The position numbers and the translations under genes were made by a program. 64,000 nucleotides of DNA from Gammaproteobacteria bacterium. Lineage in GTDB: Bacteria; Pseudomonadota; Gammaproteobacteria; Pseudomonadales; Halieaceae. Shown here piece after piece: positions 62,720 through 64,000 of this stretch. Positions within the stretch are counted from its first letter, which is position 1. Each line of letters starts with the position of its first letter. The notes under the pieces were generated by a model. The model saw only the letters and a program-made list of their open reading frames with translations, had not been told where the DNA came from and did no database searches. The stretch is taken from NCBI GenBank assembly GCA_030431585.1, contig JAUIIQ010000001.1:7878-71877 (forward strand). Reading direction: 5' to 3'.

Positions 62720-64000
62720 GTGAAAAAAGATAGCGTAATCAGTCGATTTTTCAGGATGATAGAAGTATTCGTCTTCTATCACCCCAAGACCTTTCTGTCT
62801 GTCATTCTGCTGGCAACGGTGTTTTTCGCCAGCCGCATCCCCTATCTGGAAATGTACTCCAATTTTGCCGACCTGCTACCGCAGGAGCATCCCTATATTC
62901 AGCTGCACAATGAGGTAAAGGATACCTTTGGTGGCGCAAACAATGTGGTAATCGCCATTTCCGTGGAGGAGGGGGATATTTTCAACTCCGACACGCTGTC
63001 GCGCATTCACCAGCTGACCCAGGGTGTCGATTCTCTGCCTGGCGTCAACCACAACCTGGTACGCAGCCTGACCCACCGTACGGTGCGCAAGACCTGGCTG
63101 ACCGAAATGGGCAACATGAATTCGCAGGCCTATTACGATCCGCTCTATCCGGACATGACGGAAGAACAGCTCTCTCAGATGCGTTTGGATGTCATGGCCA
63201 ATCCTACCGTTTATGGACTGCTGGTCTCTCCGGACCTCAAGTCTGCCCTGATTCGCGGCACCTTCAATGAAGGCCAGCTCGACTATGTGGAAATCTTCCA
63301 GCAGTTAGGGGTGTTAAAACAGGAAATAGAGCAGCAGCCAGGTGCTGGCGCCGGTCCTGCCGTGCAAATCTATGCGACGGGGCAGCCAGTGCTGATGGGT
63401 TGGGTCTACAGCTACCTGAGCCAGATTATGCAGATTTTCTTCCTCACGATGGCGATCCTGCTGGCTCTTCTGGTGGCGTATTTCCGCACCCGGGGCTACG
63501 GCATATTGCTGCCGCTGATCGGCGTGCTCATCTCTGCTACCTGGGGTCTGGGCATTGTTTCGCTGCTGGGATACAACCTGGACCCACTGACGCTTGTCAT
63601 ACCTTTTCTGATTACTGCCAGGGCGATGTCGCATGGCATTCAGTTGGTTGAACGCTATTACGTTGAAGCGCATCACGCGAAAGACAACCACGATGCTGCG
63701 CGCCGCACGTTTGAGACGCTGTTTCGCCCGGGCACCCTGGGTATTGTGTCCGATGCGGTTGGCCTCCTGCTGATTTCCCTCGGCTCCTCCCCGATCAACG
63801 TCAAACTCGGAATTTATGCGTCTATCTGGGCTGGCACTGTGGTGATCACTGTATTGATGACAGTGCCGCTTATCCTTTCACTGCTGCCGCTGAGCAAAGT
63901 AAGCGGGGATGCTGCCGACGCTGCGCAGCAAGGTATTTTTGCGGCCCTGGCGCGTTTCGTAACCAGCCGCGGCGGGTCTCTGGCGGTGCTTTTACTGGCG
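62720..64000 (+). CDS. MMPL/RND-family transporter (3' truncated by window edge)
   Basis: Not in the ORF track because it has no stop in the window; GTG start; LLPQEHPYIQ, FGGANN, LDPLTLVIPFLITARAMSHGIQ, PGTLGIVSDA. Confidence 0.88.
   Translation, partial: MKKDSVISRFFRMIEVFVFYHPKTFLSVILLATVFFASRIPYLEMYSNFADLLPQEHPYIQLHNEVKDTFGGANNVVIAISVEEGDIFNSDTLSRIHQLTQGVDSLPGVNHNLVRSLTHRTVRKTWLTEMGNMNSQAYYDPLYPDMTEEQLSQMRLDVMANPTVYGLLVSPDLKSALIRGTFNEGQLDYVEIFQQLGVLKQEIEQQPGAGAGPAVQIYATGQPVLMGWVYSYLSQIMQIFFLTMAILLALLVAYFRTRGYGILLPLIGVLISATWGLGIVSLLGYNLDPLTLVIPFLITARAMSHGIQLVERYYVEAHHAKDNHDAARRTFETLFRPGTLGIVSDAVGLLLISLGSSPINVKLGIYASIWAGTVVITVLMTVPLILSLLPLSKVSGDAADAAQQGIFAALARFVTSRGGSLAVLLLA

Overview
GC-rich bacterial chromosome window, by gene content most likely a marine gammaproteobacterium of the Halieaceae/OM60-NOR5 type (inference, not verified). 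The left two-thirds (1-42 kb) is core and accessory chromosome: rapA, tatD, valS-holC-pepA/lptFG, bolA-trhO, two DUF3604 proteins, an MscK-like channel, a WS/DGAT with a histone-H1-like tail, and a YCF48-MMPL-DUF1302-DUF1329 envelope operon. The right third (about 42-64 kb) is an aromatic catabolism region. It starts with an SDR, an HsaA-like monooxygenase, a meta-cleavage hydrolase and a hidden, internally deleted ketosteroid-dehydrogenase-like relic. A DmpR-type activator with visible UAS sites and a sigma-54 promoter then drives dmpKLMNOP-dmpQ, which continues into a GlcG/HbpS-type gene and a cytoplasmic B12-dependent reductive dehalogenase of the NpRdhA type. Next come an inverted gntR-amnBA-amnD (2-aminophenol 1,6-dioxygenase) module, catechol 2,3-dioxygenase, dmpC, dmpH and a second YCF48-MMPL pair. 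The best candidate for an undescribed system is this phenol hydroxylase + reductive dehalogenase + aminophenol dioxygenase cluster, a putative aerobic halophenol/haloaminophenol pathway. No rRNA, tRNA, CRISPR array or transposase was seen.
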